Translations under genes and position numbers: made by a program | The notes under the pieces: generated by a model | What the model saw: only the letters and a program-made list of their open reading frames with translations | Databases searched by the model: none | What the model was told of the DNA's origin: nothing | NCBI GenBank assembly: GCA_022729315.1 | Contig: JALDAF010000001.1 | Location: forward strand, 1 to 47,719 | DNA: 47,719 nucleotides | Reading direction: 5' to 3' | DNA from: Candidatus Nanohalalkaliarchaeum halalkaliphilum | GTDB lineage: Archaea > Nanohalarchaeota > Nanosalinia > Nanosalinales > Nanohalalkaliarchaeaceae | Shown: in pieces, positions 25,871-34,468 of the stretch | How the letters are laid out: every line of letters starts with the position of its first letter | Numbering within the stretch: position 1 is the first letter of the stretch

Positions 25871-27028
25871 TTACTGGGGGATCTTCACGTCCAGCAGATC
25901 CATGCTGTCCGGATCCATCTTCTCGATATCTCGGCGGACCCGTGTGATCTTCCGGAACAGGTGGTGCTGATCCTTTTCCAGCAGCGTGATGGCCTCACCT
26001 TCCGCACCCTGCCGACCGGAGCGGCCGATACGGTGCGTGTACGTGTCCACGGTGTCCGGCACGTCGTAGTTGAAGACGTGGGTGATGTCGTCGATATGGA
26101 GTCCCCGTGCTGCAACATCGGTCGCCACGATCACCTGCACGTTCTTGTTCTTGAACTTTTCAACCATCTGCTCGCGCTGGTGCTGGGACATATCACCGTT
26201 CAGTTCCTGAGCATCGATCCCGTTATCCCGAAGCACTTTGGCCACGAACCGTGTCGTGTTCTTGGTCCGGCAGAACACCAGACTCAGATCACGATCACGA
26301 TCCTTCAGCAACGTGTATAGCATTGAAAGCTTCCGGTTCGGCTTCACATCCACGTATTTCTCCTCGAGGTTGCGGGTGTGCTTGGTGCGCTTGATCTTCT
26401 TCACGATCGGATCAAGCTGGTATTTGTCCACCATGTCCCGTAGCTTCCGTGGAATAGTGGCGGAGAACCACAGGTCCTGTCGTTGCGGCGGGCAGTAGTC
26501 CATGATACCTTCCAGCTCGTCTCGGAACCCCATGTCCAGCATCCTGTCCGCCTCATCCAGCACAAAATAATCGATGTTGCTTACATCCAGTTTACCCTGG
26601 TTCAACAGATCCAGTACACGTCCTGGCGTACCGACCACGACGTTTGCAGTCTTCGCGCCCTCGATCTGCGGTTTGTACGAGACACCACCATAAATCGTCA
26701 GTACATCGACGTGGTCCAGTGCAAACTTCTTGAACTCTTTCGCGTTCTGCTTCGCCAGCTCCCGTGTCGGTGCCAGAACCAGTGCCTGCGTCTCATCATT
26801 ATTCGTCACGTTCTGTATGATAGGTAGTGCAAAGCACAGTGTTTTCCCTGAACCGGTTTCGGACTCTGCCAGCACATCCTCGCCCTCAAACACCGGTTTT
26901 ATCGTCTCTTCCTGTACTTTCGTCGGGTGTTCGATCCCGTCCTGTTTCAACCGTTCAACAATCTCCGGGGAAACACCCAGATCCTCAAACGTAACGTCCT
27001 CATCCGTCTCTATCGTTTCATCCATCAT
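25871..27028 (-). CDS. DEAD-box ATP-dependent RNA helicase
   Basis: 385 aa with motifs AESETGSGKT, PTRELA, VLDEADRMLDMGF, SAT, ARGLHIDD and HRIGRSGRQG. Confidence 0.9.
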   Translation of the reverse strand: MMDETIETDEDVTFEDLGVSPEIVERLKQDGIEHPTKVQEETIKPVFEGEDVLAESETGSGKTLCFALPIIQNVTNNDETQALVLAPTRELAKQNAKEFKKFALDHVDVLTIYGGVSYKPQIEGAKTANVVVGTPGRVLDLLNQGKLDVSNIDYFVLDEADRMLDMGFRDELEGIMDYCPPQRQDLWFSATIPRKLRDMVDKYQLDPIVKKIKRTKHTRNLEEKYVDVKPNRKLSMLYTLLKDRDRDLSLVFCRTKNTTRFVAKVLRDNGIDAQELNGDMSQHQREQMVEKFKNKNVQVIVATDVAARGLHIDDITHVFNYDVPDTVDTYTHRIGRSGRQGAEGEAITLLEKDQHHLFRKITRVRRDIEKMDPDSMDLLDVKIPQ

Positions 27029-27217
27029 CCATCACAGATACATTATGTATACCAACCGTTTTGTAAGTACGGGTTTCCACATGCCGCCCAAGCTTTAAAT
27101 ACCGCAGCACATTCCTCGAAGCCCTGATAAAACCGGTTGAGCGGTCCCGGAACTGCCGGAACCAGTGGAACTACCACGTCCCGATATATAAATGGTGGTG
27201 GGAAATCAGGGTACACG

Positions 27218-27379
27218 ATGATGGAAATGGAATGTGATGACTGTGGTGCAGCAGTTGAGATAGACCTCGTTGATTATTTGAAACACAAGGAGGAGCAGGG
27301 AACCCTTCTCTGCTACAGTTGTAAACACAGCGTACTGCGCCGTGTCACCCGCCCAGACGTACACGCCGCAACCGCGTAA
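27218..27379 (+). CDS. Small zinc-ribbon protein (paralogue of 32952-33101)
   Basis: Start trimmed from a TTG-extended ORF: MMEMECDDCGAAVEIDLVDYLKHKEEQGTLLCYSCKHSVLRRV... with CxxC...CxxC. TATA-like GATATATAAAT is centred about 30 nt upstream. Confidence 0.5.
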   Translation: MMEMECDDCGAAVEIDLVDYLKHKEEQGTLLCYSCKHSVLRRVTRPDVHAATA

Positions 27380-27397
27380 ATGCTATTTCTCCAACAA

Positions 27398-27450
27398 GGG
27401 GGCGTTACGCCCTCCCTGTTCCCCCCCCCTCTTTTCTCTTATTCTCTTCT
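27398..27450 (+). terminator. Hairpin followed by a long pyrimidine tract
   Basis: GGGGGCG-TTA-CGCCCTC stem (27398-27414), then CCTGTTCCCCCCCCCTCTTTTCTCTTATTCTCTTC, which includes a C9 run. Confidence 0.3.
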
Positions 27451-27514
27451 ACAGTATCTGGCCGGGACCGAATAATGGCGAACGCTTAAATGTCGTTATG
27501 TGCAATATACTGGT

Positions 27515-27769
27515 ATGACTGATGGAGACAAGATTTTCGATGGTTCGTCTGGTGAGGGCGATGATGAACGTAAGCATAAACGGCCGGTGCTGGAGAACAA
27601 CAGTCACGGGGCAGCGGCGTGGCTCCATAAAGACAAGAATGGGAACGCGTACCTGTCCATCCGTCTCCCACTGGGGCTTGGAAACCTGAACCTGTTCCCG
27701 GTGAATGATACGATGGAGGACGCCCTCAACCAGCTCTCAGAGTACCTTGACGAACAGAAGCAGGATTAA
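27515..27769 (+). CDS. Hypothetical protein
   Basis: Start trimmed to MTDGDK (CTTAAAT centred 27 nt upstream). GAAAWLHKDKNGNAYLSIRLPLGLGNLNLFP faintly resembles the DUF736 core. Weak. Confidence 0.5.
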   Translation: MTDGDKIFDGSSGEGDDERKHKRPVLENNSHGAAAWLHKDKNGNAYLSIRLPLGLGNLNLFPVNDTMEDALNQLSEYLDEQKQD

Positions 27770-27848
27770 TCCGGTTCTTTGGTCATACATCGTTTTTCGG
27801 AGCAGGATTATCGTTATCTCTGCTTGTTCAGAACCATAACTGTATTCG

Positions 27849-28256
27849 CTACTCGGAGTGGGAAGGGGCATTTGTTTCTCTGTCAACAAGCTGAAACATC
27901 AGATCGAAGCTGTCGGGCAGCTGGATACGTGCATTGCGCAGTTCCTGTGTGGTCACTGCCTCGCTCATCGTGTACAGCACCACGTTCGACTGGAGCACTG
28001 CTTCCTCTTCCCCTGTGTTGCTCCTGTCTCTCACCCTGTTAACGAATTCACGGAGTGAAAAGGCCTGTTCTGATCCTGCCTCTACCATGTACCGGTTGAT
28101 TTCACGTGGAAGAGAGGATGCAAGGTCTGCTGTTTCTCCAGCCGGAAGCCGCTCTGCAACTGTCTGGAGTACTGCGCGTGTCGCCTGTGCACCATCGCTT
28201 TCGCTTTCCATGCCCAGTCGCCGGGTCACCAGGTAGATGAATCGATCGTAGTCCAT
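27849..28256 (-). CDS. DUF2267 domain protein
   Basis: Start trimmed to MDYDRFIYLVTRRLGMESESDGAQATRAVLQTVAERLPAGETADLASSLPREI, the characteristic DUF2267 opening. TATTTAAAA is centred 26 nt upstream. Confidence 0.7.
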   Translation of the reverse strand: MDYDRFIYLVTRRLGMESESDGAQATRAVLQTVAERLPAGETADLASSLPREINRYMVEAGSEQAFSLREFVNRVRDRSNTGEEEAVLQSNVVLYTMSEAVTTQELRNARIQLPDSFDLMFQLVDRETNAPSHSE

Positions 28257-28277
28257 CACATTCCAAGTTGACACCTG

Positions 28278-28286
28278 TATTTAAAA
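28278..28286 (-). promoter_or_regulatory. TATA-like box for the DUF2267 gene
   Basis: The minus strand reads TTTTAAATA, 26 nt upstream of the ATG at 28256 and inside the longer ORF-track version. Confidence 0.4.
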
Positions 28287-28363
28287 CCGGTGCTGGGATA
28301 ATCATGATAGGATTAGTGTTGTACTGGTTCTGTTCGATCCCTGAAGGGTAGCAGTTCCGGAAC

Positions 28364-29083
28364 TCAGACAACTGAAATATATGTGAACTGTTGAACCCGC
28401 GTGGTTGAACGAGCGAACGACTGGAACGACTCATATGCGCCTTCCAGTACCGGTGCGCCGTGACCGGGGCATGCGGTCTCAAACCGAGGGATCCGGTCGG
28501 CAATATCGTGGATGCCCTGCGCCACCCCTGGAATACTGTAGTTATCCCACGCTACTGGCGGATAGAACTCGTTGTCTGCGGTCCGCACCAGATCCCCGAA
28601 GAAACACGTTCCTGAAGGTTCGTGGAGGTAGGCGGTATGCCCGGGATTATGGCCGGGACAGTGGTAGGCGGTGAACCCGCCCACAGTTTCCTCATCATCG
28701 ATCGGTACGGCCTCGATTCTCGGCACCACCCGCATCAATGCCCGGTGGACAGCGCCCTTGTGATGCAGAACTCCGGGTTTCCGTTGTTTGGCGAACAGGG
28801 ATGACGTGATACTGCTCGCGTACACCGTGGCATCCAGTTCCGGGCGGAGCGATAGCAGGCCGCCAAAATGATCGAGATCATAGTGCGTGATCAGCACCCG
28901 GTCGATATCTGCCAGGCGGTATCCCGCAGCCGTAATACTTTTCTTTAGACCACGCCGGTTCCACGGTAGGCCAGTGTCAACCAACGTTACTACGCCGTCA
29001 TCGTCCACGAGATACGCGTTCACCGTCCACCCGGGCAATGCGGCGAGACGGATCCACCATACATTGGTGGACAGTTGTTCCAT
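28364..29083 (-). CDS. Metallo-beta-lactamase-fold hydrolase
   Basis: 239 aa. VTLVDTGLPW, ITHYDLDHFGG (an HxDxDH variant of HxHxDH), CPGHNPGHTAY, FFGDL and ACPGHG. Confidence 0.8.
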   Translation of the reverse strand: MEQLSTNVWWIRLAALPGWTVNAYLVDDDGVVTLVDTGLPWNRRGLKKSITAAGYRLADIDRVLITHYDLDHFGGLLSLRPELDATVYASSITSSLFAKQRKPGVLHHKGAVHRALMRVVPRIEAVPIDDEETVGGFTAYHCPGHNPGHTAYLHEPSGTCFFGDLVRTADNEFYPPVAWDNYSIPGVAQGIHDIADRIPRFETACPGHGAPVLEGAYESFQSFARSTTRVQQFTYISVV

Positions 29084-29118
29084 TATAGGAGGTACTTGGA
29101 GAGTCTCCTACATATACG

Positions 29119-29544
29119 TTACAACTCTGAAATCCCTGTTGGATACGTACCGGTGATGTATTCTGGACCGACACCGTTGCGGATAGCGAACTCATCCGTT
29201 GTATCTGAACCGTTAGACTCCCACTCTTCATAGGGGATGAGCTGCTCATACCAGCGTTCCTCCCAGTCATCGCCCTCCATCGATAAAATGTCAAACTCGG
29301 AGGCATATACCTGCTCTTTGGGAACAGATACCTCTACGGTTGGCTTCTCGAGGAGGCCCTCAAACGGAACGCTCTCCTCTGGGTCGTATAGATAGACAAA
29401 CTGATCTCGAATCCCGTCACGATTATAAGACGGCACCTCGCGCCGCGGCTTCAGTCCCTGTTCCTGGACCGTATTCAGCCACCACCTGGCCGATGTATCC
29501 GGTCCACGGAATGCATGATACAGGGACACCAACTCTTCCGACAT
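29119..29544 (-). CDS. Hypothetical acidic Trp-rich protein
   Basis: 141 aa. GTATATAAG is centred 25 nt upstream of the ATG. No family recognised. Confidence 0.55.
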   Translation of the reverse strand: MSEELVSLYHAFRGPDTSARWWLNTVQEQGLKPRREVPSYNRDGIRDQFVYLYDPEESVPFEGLLEKPTVEVSVPKEQVYASEFDILSMEGDDWEERWYEQLIPYEEWESNGSDTTDEFAIRNGVGPEYITGTYPTGISEL

Positions 29545-29580
29545 AGTAACTAATTAGTAGTGACAGTATATAAGTTTTAT

Positions 29581-29603
29581 GGTGGTGGGTGGTGGGTGGG
29601 GGG
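29581..29603 (+). repeat. G-rich tract (G-quadruplex-prone)
   Basis: GGTGGTGGGTGGTGGGTGGGGGG lies in the divergent intergenic region, immediately distal to the TATA box of the 29119-29544 gene. Confidence 0.6.
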
Positions 29604-29665
29604 CAGAGGATTGATGCCAGAAAACAGTTGCATGGATTTTAAAGCTGTAAGACGTGTGGAGAAGT

Positions 29666-30538
29666 ATGTGGCCTGGAACCGAGGATACTGAAATGACAAC
29701 GGAAGACCTGCAGGCTGCCTTGCTCGACTGGTACGAGAACAATAAACGCGATCTGCCGTGGCGACACACCGCGGATCCGTACCGTATCCTTGTGTCCGAG
29801 GTGATGCTGCAGCAGACACAGGTTTCCCGCGTCATCCCAAAGTACCGCGCGTTTCTCGATGAGTTCCCCGCTGCGGAAGATCTTGCGGATGCGCCGCTGT
29901 CCGACGTGCTGAAGCTGTGGAGCGGTCTCGGCTACAACCGCCGTGCTAAATACCTTAAACAGGCCGCTGAACAGGTTGTGAACGAGTACGGCGGCAGGTT
30001 CCCCCGAGACCCGCAGACGCTTCAGGAGCTTCCCGGGGTCGGTCCGTACACGGCGAACGCGGTAGCTGCGTTCGCGTTCAACACCGGTGGGCCCGTATTC
30101 GACACGAACGTGCGCCGGGTCATGTACAGATTTCATGGAAAAGCATCGGATAGCGAACTCGAAACGTTCCATACATCGATCTTCCCCCCGGAAAAATCCC
30201 GGACATGGAACAACGCGATCATGGAGCTTGGATCCGAGGTCTGCGTGGACGGCACGCCACGCTGCAGCAACTGTCCGTGGCGGTCCGAATGTACCGCATG
30301 GAAGACGCAGGACTTTGACACGCCGGAGGTCCAGACACAGTCCACGTTCAAAGGGTCGTGGCGGTTCTACCGCGCCAAACTGCTCCGTCTTCTCATGGAG
30401 CACGACGCACTTCCCGAGGACAGGATCGCGGAAGAACTTGCTCTCCCGGATAAATATGATCTGGACGAACTCATCGCAGAACTGGTCGACGAACAGATGG
30501 TCACAGAATCAGACGGCAAATACCGGCTGCCAGAATAA
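29666..30538 (+). CDS. mutY: A/G-specific adenine DNA glycosylase (MutY-like, HhH-GPD with 4Fe-4S loop)
   Basis: LLDWYENNKRDLPWRHTADPYRILVSEVMLQQTQV, the HhH motif LQELPGVGPYTANAV, and CVDGTPRCSNCPWRSEC. The start is either 29666 (TTTTAAAG centred about 27 nt upstream) or 29693. No NUDIX-like C-terminal domain; instead a short wHTH-like tail. Confidence 0.8.
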   Translation: MWPGTEDTEMTTEDLQAALLDWYENNKRDLPWRHTADPYRILVSEVMLQQTQVSRVIPKYRAFLDEFPAAEDLADAPLSDVLKLWSGLGYNRRAKYLKQAAEQVVNEYGGRFPRDPQTLQELPGVGPYTANAVAAFAFNTGGPVFDTNVRRVMYRFHGKASDSELETFHTSIFPPEKSRTWNNAIMELGSEVCVDGTPRCSNCPWRSECTAWKTQDFDTPEVQTQSTFKGSWRFYRAKLLRLLMEHDALPEDRIAEELALPDKYDLDELIAELVDEQMVTESDGKYRLPE

Positions 30539-30561
30539 TATTCGCCGGGTATCCGTACCTG

Positions 30562-31740
30562 TTACCCGTCACCGAAGTGTTCCCGGTACTGCTGTAAGAG
30601 CCGGTCCGGCATTTCATCGTACACGTACCGGAACATGTCTTCTGGATCGGGCTCCGGAAGCTGTTCAACGGCATCGATCGCCTCACTGATCTCGTCCTCG
30701 ATCGCGGTTTCCATAGCATCGATCTGTTCATCATCCAGCAGCCCCTGATCACGCAGGAACCGTTCCATCCGTGGGATCGGATCCTTGTCGTTCCAGGCAC
30801 CTTCCTCTTCCTGTCGCCGGTAAAGTGATGGATCATCTGACGTGGTATGTGGTCCGAACCGGTACAGATCGGCCTCGATCAGTGTGGGACTGCGCTCCAC
30901 GCCCTGGTTGTGCAGAAATGCATGATCTTTCTGGCCATCGATCGGTAAATGCTCTTCCAGCGCCGTATCGTCAGCGGTCCGAGCCTTCTCCGCCGCTGCA
31001 TGAACGGTCTCGTATACAGCAAGCGGGTCCATCCCATCGATGTGAATGCCTTCAAACCCGTACGCCACAGCTTTCTGTGCGATCGTGTCAGCAGCGGTCT
31101 GCTGTTCCCGTGGCACAGAGATGGCGTACTGGTTGTTCTGGCAGAGGAACACGGTAGGCGTGTCGAATACACCGGCAAAGTTGAGGCCTTCATGGAAATC
31201 ACCTTCACTGGTGGCGCCGTCGCCCAGGTAGGCGAGCGCAATCCGGTCATCATCATTCATATCAGCTGCCCACGCCCAGCCCGTTGCGTGCGGTAGCTGG
31301 GTGGCGATTGGGACCGCGGTCGGAAATATGGGTACGTCCTCCTCTGTGATTCCTTCCTCGTATCCGCTCAGCTCGGTCAACAGGTTCTCCATGCCCAGTC
31401 GAAGCATCTTGCTGGCTTCCTCCCGGTACGTTGGGAACACCATGTCATCCTCGTTGATCGCGTACAGGCTGGCGACTTGGGCCGCATCGTGGCCGGACAT
31501 CGGGGCATAGTTCTCTATACGCCCACTGTATGCCAGGTTCATCATTTTCTCGTCAAACATGCGTGCCCGCTTCAGATCGGCGTACATATCCAGAAAGGTA
31601 TCGTCCGAGACATCCGGGACGGAAGCCTCCGGCAGCACGGCACCGTTATCATCAAGGATGCGGTACACATCCTCTTCGGCCAGCGAGATATCTGGCGTAC
31701 CAGATTGCTCATCTACCGTATCATAATCGTCGATCGCCAC
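30562..31740 (-). CDS. Thiamine-diphosphate-dependent 2-oxoacid dehydrogenase E1 component, alpha subunit
   Basis: YRILDDNGAVL...MFDEKMMNLAYSGRI and the TPP motif LGDGATSEGDFHEGLNFAGV...LCQNNQYAIS. I placed the start at GTG 31740, because a TATA-like AATATAAGG lies inside the longer ATG-31839 version. Confidence 0.75.
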   Translation of the reverse strand: MAIDDYDTVDEQSGTPDISLAEEDVYRILDDNGAVLPEASVPDVSDDTFLDMYADLKRARMFDEKMMNLAYSGRIENYAPMSGHDAAQVASLYAINEDDMVFPTYREEASKMLRLGMENLLTELSGYEEGITEEDVPIFPTAVPIATQLPHATGWAWAADMNDDDRIALAYLGDGATSEGDFHEGLNFAGVFDTPTVFLCQNNQYAISVPREQQTAADTIAQKAVAYGFEGIHIDGMDPLAVYETVHAAAEKARTADDTALEEHLPIDGQKDHAFLHNQGVERSPTLIEADLYRFGPHTTSDDPSLYRRQEEEGAWNDKDPIPRMERFLRDQGLLDDEQIDAMETAIEDEISEAIDAVEQLPEPDPEDMFRYVYDEMPDRLLQQYREHFGDG

Positions 31741-31848
31741 GGTTCCTCTGATCAAAAACACACAACCAACCCTTATATTAGTTTCTTGTAAGTGACAACA
31801 GAATGGTAGGATGGTAGTAGTAGGAGGCCGGATGTTCAACTGTTGCCA

Positions 31849-32868
31849 TTATCCCTGTTCCGTGCCGTCCTTGATACGGTACTGCCGCCACCTCCCCTCG
31901 CCCTCGGATACGATAAGGTTGTAATGCTCCATCTTGTTCAGGTATTTGCGGAGCATCCGTTCGGACCGTGGATCATCCACCTGCTCATCATATGCATCGT
32001 ACAGTTCCCGTGGCTGGATCGAGTCGTTTCCATCGATGATATCGTACAGAAGCTGCTGGTGGTCGTTGAGACACTCGATATTTTTCTGACGGGTCTCCTT
32101 CTGCGTTTTCGGCACCACATCATCGATCAAATCGATCTTGATCCGTTCAGCACCTTCGGCTTCGGCACGCCGAGCTGCATTCCGCAGGATTCCGATCGCG
32201 ATCCGGGCATCGCCCACCGCCACATCTGCGATATGCTCCAGCTGCTCGTGTTCGATCGCGTCCGGATGCAGCCCCCATGCTGCCCGGTCCGCAAGGATGT
32301 CCGTCAATTCGGAAACCCCGTACGCACCAAACTGGATGCGGTCACAGTTGATGAGCCGGCTGCGGATACGGTCGTCCATCCGGTAGAACACATCCTCCTC
32401 ACGGTTCGCGATCATGATGATCGCCACGTGTTCAAGCGAATACATATCATACAGCACGCGGTTATCTTCGATCTGGTCGACCTCATCAAGTATCAGGATG
32501 TAGGGACGTGAATCATACGATTTCAGTCGATCGAACAGCTCATCTGTCGGGGTGGACTGCCGGTGCACGTCCAGCGTCCGTCCAAGCCCGTCAAGCGCCT
32601 CATACAGAACGCTGAACCGGTTGTAGTTCTCCCAGCAGTTGATGTAGTGGTAGGTGATGTCCGCGGCCTCGGCCTCCAGCTGCTCCAGCGCATACTGGGA
32701 GATACAGGTCTTTCCAGCGCCTGGCGGACCGTACACGAGCATGTCCTGTGCCGGCTGTTCATGCATCAGCGGCTCCAGATTGCTGGCCAGTTCCTGTATT
32801 TGCGCATCCCTGTGCACCACTTCACGCGGGATGAACTCGTCCTGCAGCACACGCCGATCTGTGATCAT
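31849..32868 (-). CDS. orc1: Orc1/Cdc6 replication initiator
   Basis: Start trimmed to MITDRRVLQDEFIPREVVHRD. Walker A VYGPPGAGKT, Walker B ILILDEVD, and a C-terminal winged helix (MLRKYLNKMEHYNLIVSEGEGRWRQY). Confidence 0.85.
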   Translation of the reverse strand: MITDRRVLQDEFIPREVVHRDAQIQELASNLEPLMHEQPAQDMLVYGPPGAGKTCISQYALEQLEAEAADITYHYINCWENYNRFSVLYEALDGLGRTLDVHRQSTPTDELFDRLKSYDSRPYILILDEVDQIEDNRVLYDMYSLEHVAIIMIANREEDVFYRMDDRIRSRLINCDRIQFGAYGVSELTDILADRAAWGLHPDAIEHEQLEHIADVAVGDARIAIGILRNAARRAEAEGAERIKIDLIDDVVPKTQKETRQKNIECLNDHQQLLYDIIDGNDSIQPRELYDAYDEQVDDPRSERMLRKYLNKMEHYNLIVSEGEGRWRQYRIKDGTEQG

Positions 32869-32951
32869 AATGTTTACTCCACCTGCACCTGTATTACCAC
32901 TTACCATTTATACCGCGTTCGCCGCCCCAGAACTATGGGGAGGAACCCCGG

Positions 32952-33101
32952 TCAGTGGGAGGAGGGAACGGGGCGGTGCCCTGCCCGTACCGGTTCGCTG
33001 TTTCGGCAGCTGTAGCAGAGCACGACGCCCAGTTTCTCTTTCCTGTCTACGTATTCGGACATGCGTAGGGTGACGGTTGAACCACAATCGTCGCAGTACA
33101 T
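32952..33101 (-). CDS. Small zinc-ribbon protein (paralogue of 27218-27379)
   Basis: 49-aa ORF not in the track: MYCDDCGSTVTLRMSEYVDRKEKLGVVLCYSCRNSEPVRAGHRPVPSSH. Colinear with MECDDCGAAVEIDLVDYLKHKEEQGTLLCYSCKHS. CTATATAAG is centred about 32 nt upstream. Confidence 0.5.
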   Translation of the reverse strand: MYCDDCGSTVTLRMSEYVDRKEKLGVVLCYSCRNSEPVRAGHRPVPSSH

Positions 33102-33335
33102 TGTAGATGAAGTGTTCCCACACGCTGCTTATATAGGGGGTCGTGTCTTTTCCAGTAGTTCCGGAAGTACCAGGAAATGCGTGAACGGTAGTGATTTCAG
33201 TCAAGGACGCTACGGAATCCAGGGAGTGTACTTAATGGTCTGTGGTAGATACCTCGCAGGAAAGTACCATGTTCCGTGAACCTTCCTTGAACCCAAACTA
33301 TGAGGACTGTTCCGAAGTAACAACATGTGTTATCG

Positions 33336-33342
33336 TTTAAAT
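33336..33342 (+). promoter_or_regulatory. TATA-like box for the kinase-like gene
   Basis: TTTAAAT centred 30 nt upstream of the ATG at 33369. It lies inside the TTG-extended ORF-track version. Confidence 0.4.
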
Positions 33343-33368
33343 GTTTTGGTACGATGTATATACCAACG

Positions 33369-34421
33369 ATGGAGGTCAATCCTGTTAAGACGTATGTGCC
33401 GGAAGAGTTGACGGAGCGCCGTCTGTCTTACGGTGATGCAGTGGATCTGAAGCTGGGTATGGAGGACAGCGAGCTGGAGATGTATTACCGTACCGGGGGC
33501 AATATAGGGGAGAATAATGTTGAGGTGCTGGAGATCGGTGAGGCGTCCAGTTACTCCAATGTGAAGCTTCCGGACCGGGTGATTGAGAAGACGCCGCCTG
33601 AGGATAAGATGGTCCGGGAGATCAGCTATGGGATTCTCGGTGATGAACTTGGAACCGGTCCAGAACTTTTGTATGTACGGGAGAAAGATGGTGAGATCCG
33701 GTATGGGATGGAGTACCTGGCGGATGCCGGACAGTTCAAGGACATCAACTTCAACGGGTTTCGGGACTTCCTTGATTACGCCCAGGCCGTTGGACAGGCG
33801 TATGGATCACTGTACGCTGCAGATATCGTCCACGAAGACCTGATCGGGATGCGTCGAGGACCGCCCGAACTCCGGCATACCCCATACCTCCGGAACATCA
33901 TGGTGTCCGGGGATGATGACGAGGCAACTATCATCGACTTTGAGGATGCGCACTTTGAAGGAGAGACGTCGCCCAAGTGCTCTGATGGCAACCACATCCT
34001 GGAGATGGAGCCGGAGAATACGGACGATGAATACGATGCACTCCGTGCCGGTCTCCTGTCCGAAGCATTGAACGGTGTGGACTACATCCATGAGAAAGCG
34101 GAGCGCCCGATCGTGAAACAGGACCTGCTCGGGTACGACCAGGAAACTGGACTGGACTATGTGGACTTTAACAAGCTCCAACAGCGTGACGTGTACAACG
34201 AAGACGTGGACGCACTCATCGTGAAGATGGAAGAACGGTTCGAGGAAGGATGGGCGAACGCCACAGAGGGATGTTCGCGTTCATTCTGCCGCAACCAGCA
34301 GCAGTCCACGATCGAACGGAACCATGGGCCACAGCGCAGACTCCGTGATGCTGCACGCGCCCGCCTCAAACAAGACATCGAACCAACAGTGGAACGATGG
34401 ATCAACGAGTTACAGGCGTGA
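33369..34421 (+). CDS. Atypical protein-kinase-like fold protein (RIO/Bud32/Kdo-type)
   Basis: Hinge-like YGMEYLADAGQF. Catalytic-loop-like LYAADIVHEDL...RNIMV with a 16-aa insertion between D and N. Metal-binding TIIDFEDA. By eye only. Confidence 0.5.
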   Translation: MEVNPVKTYVPEELTERRLSYGDAVDLKLGMEDSELEMYYRTGGNIGENNVEVLEIGEASSYSNVKLPDRVIEKTPPEDKMVREISYGILGDELGTGPELLYVREKDGEIRYGMEYLADAGQFKDINFNGFRDFLDYAQAVGQAYGSLYAADIVHEDLIGMRRGPPELRHTPYLRNIMVSGDDDEATIIDFEDAHFEGETSPKCSDGNHILEMEPENTDDEYDALRAGLLSEALNGVDYIHEKAERPIVKQDLLGYDQETGLDYVDFNKLQQRDVYNEDVDALIVKMEERFEEGWANATEGCSRSFCRNQQQSTIERNHGPQRRLRDAARARLKQDIEPTVERWINELQA

Positions 34422-34468
34422 ACTGGCCCACCTATTTCAATCTTCTTCCACAACCTCAACACAGGACC

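Noticed and set aside
28364-29083. MBL-fold protein with HYDLDH in place of the canonical HxHxDH metal motif.
   Set aside because: This is a real substitution, but such variants occur in several MBL-fold subfamilies, and the other metal ligands (CPGHNPGH, FGDL, PGHG) are present. It is not distinctive enough to report as a finding without an alignment.
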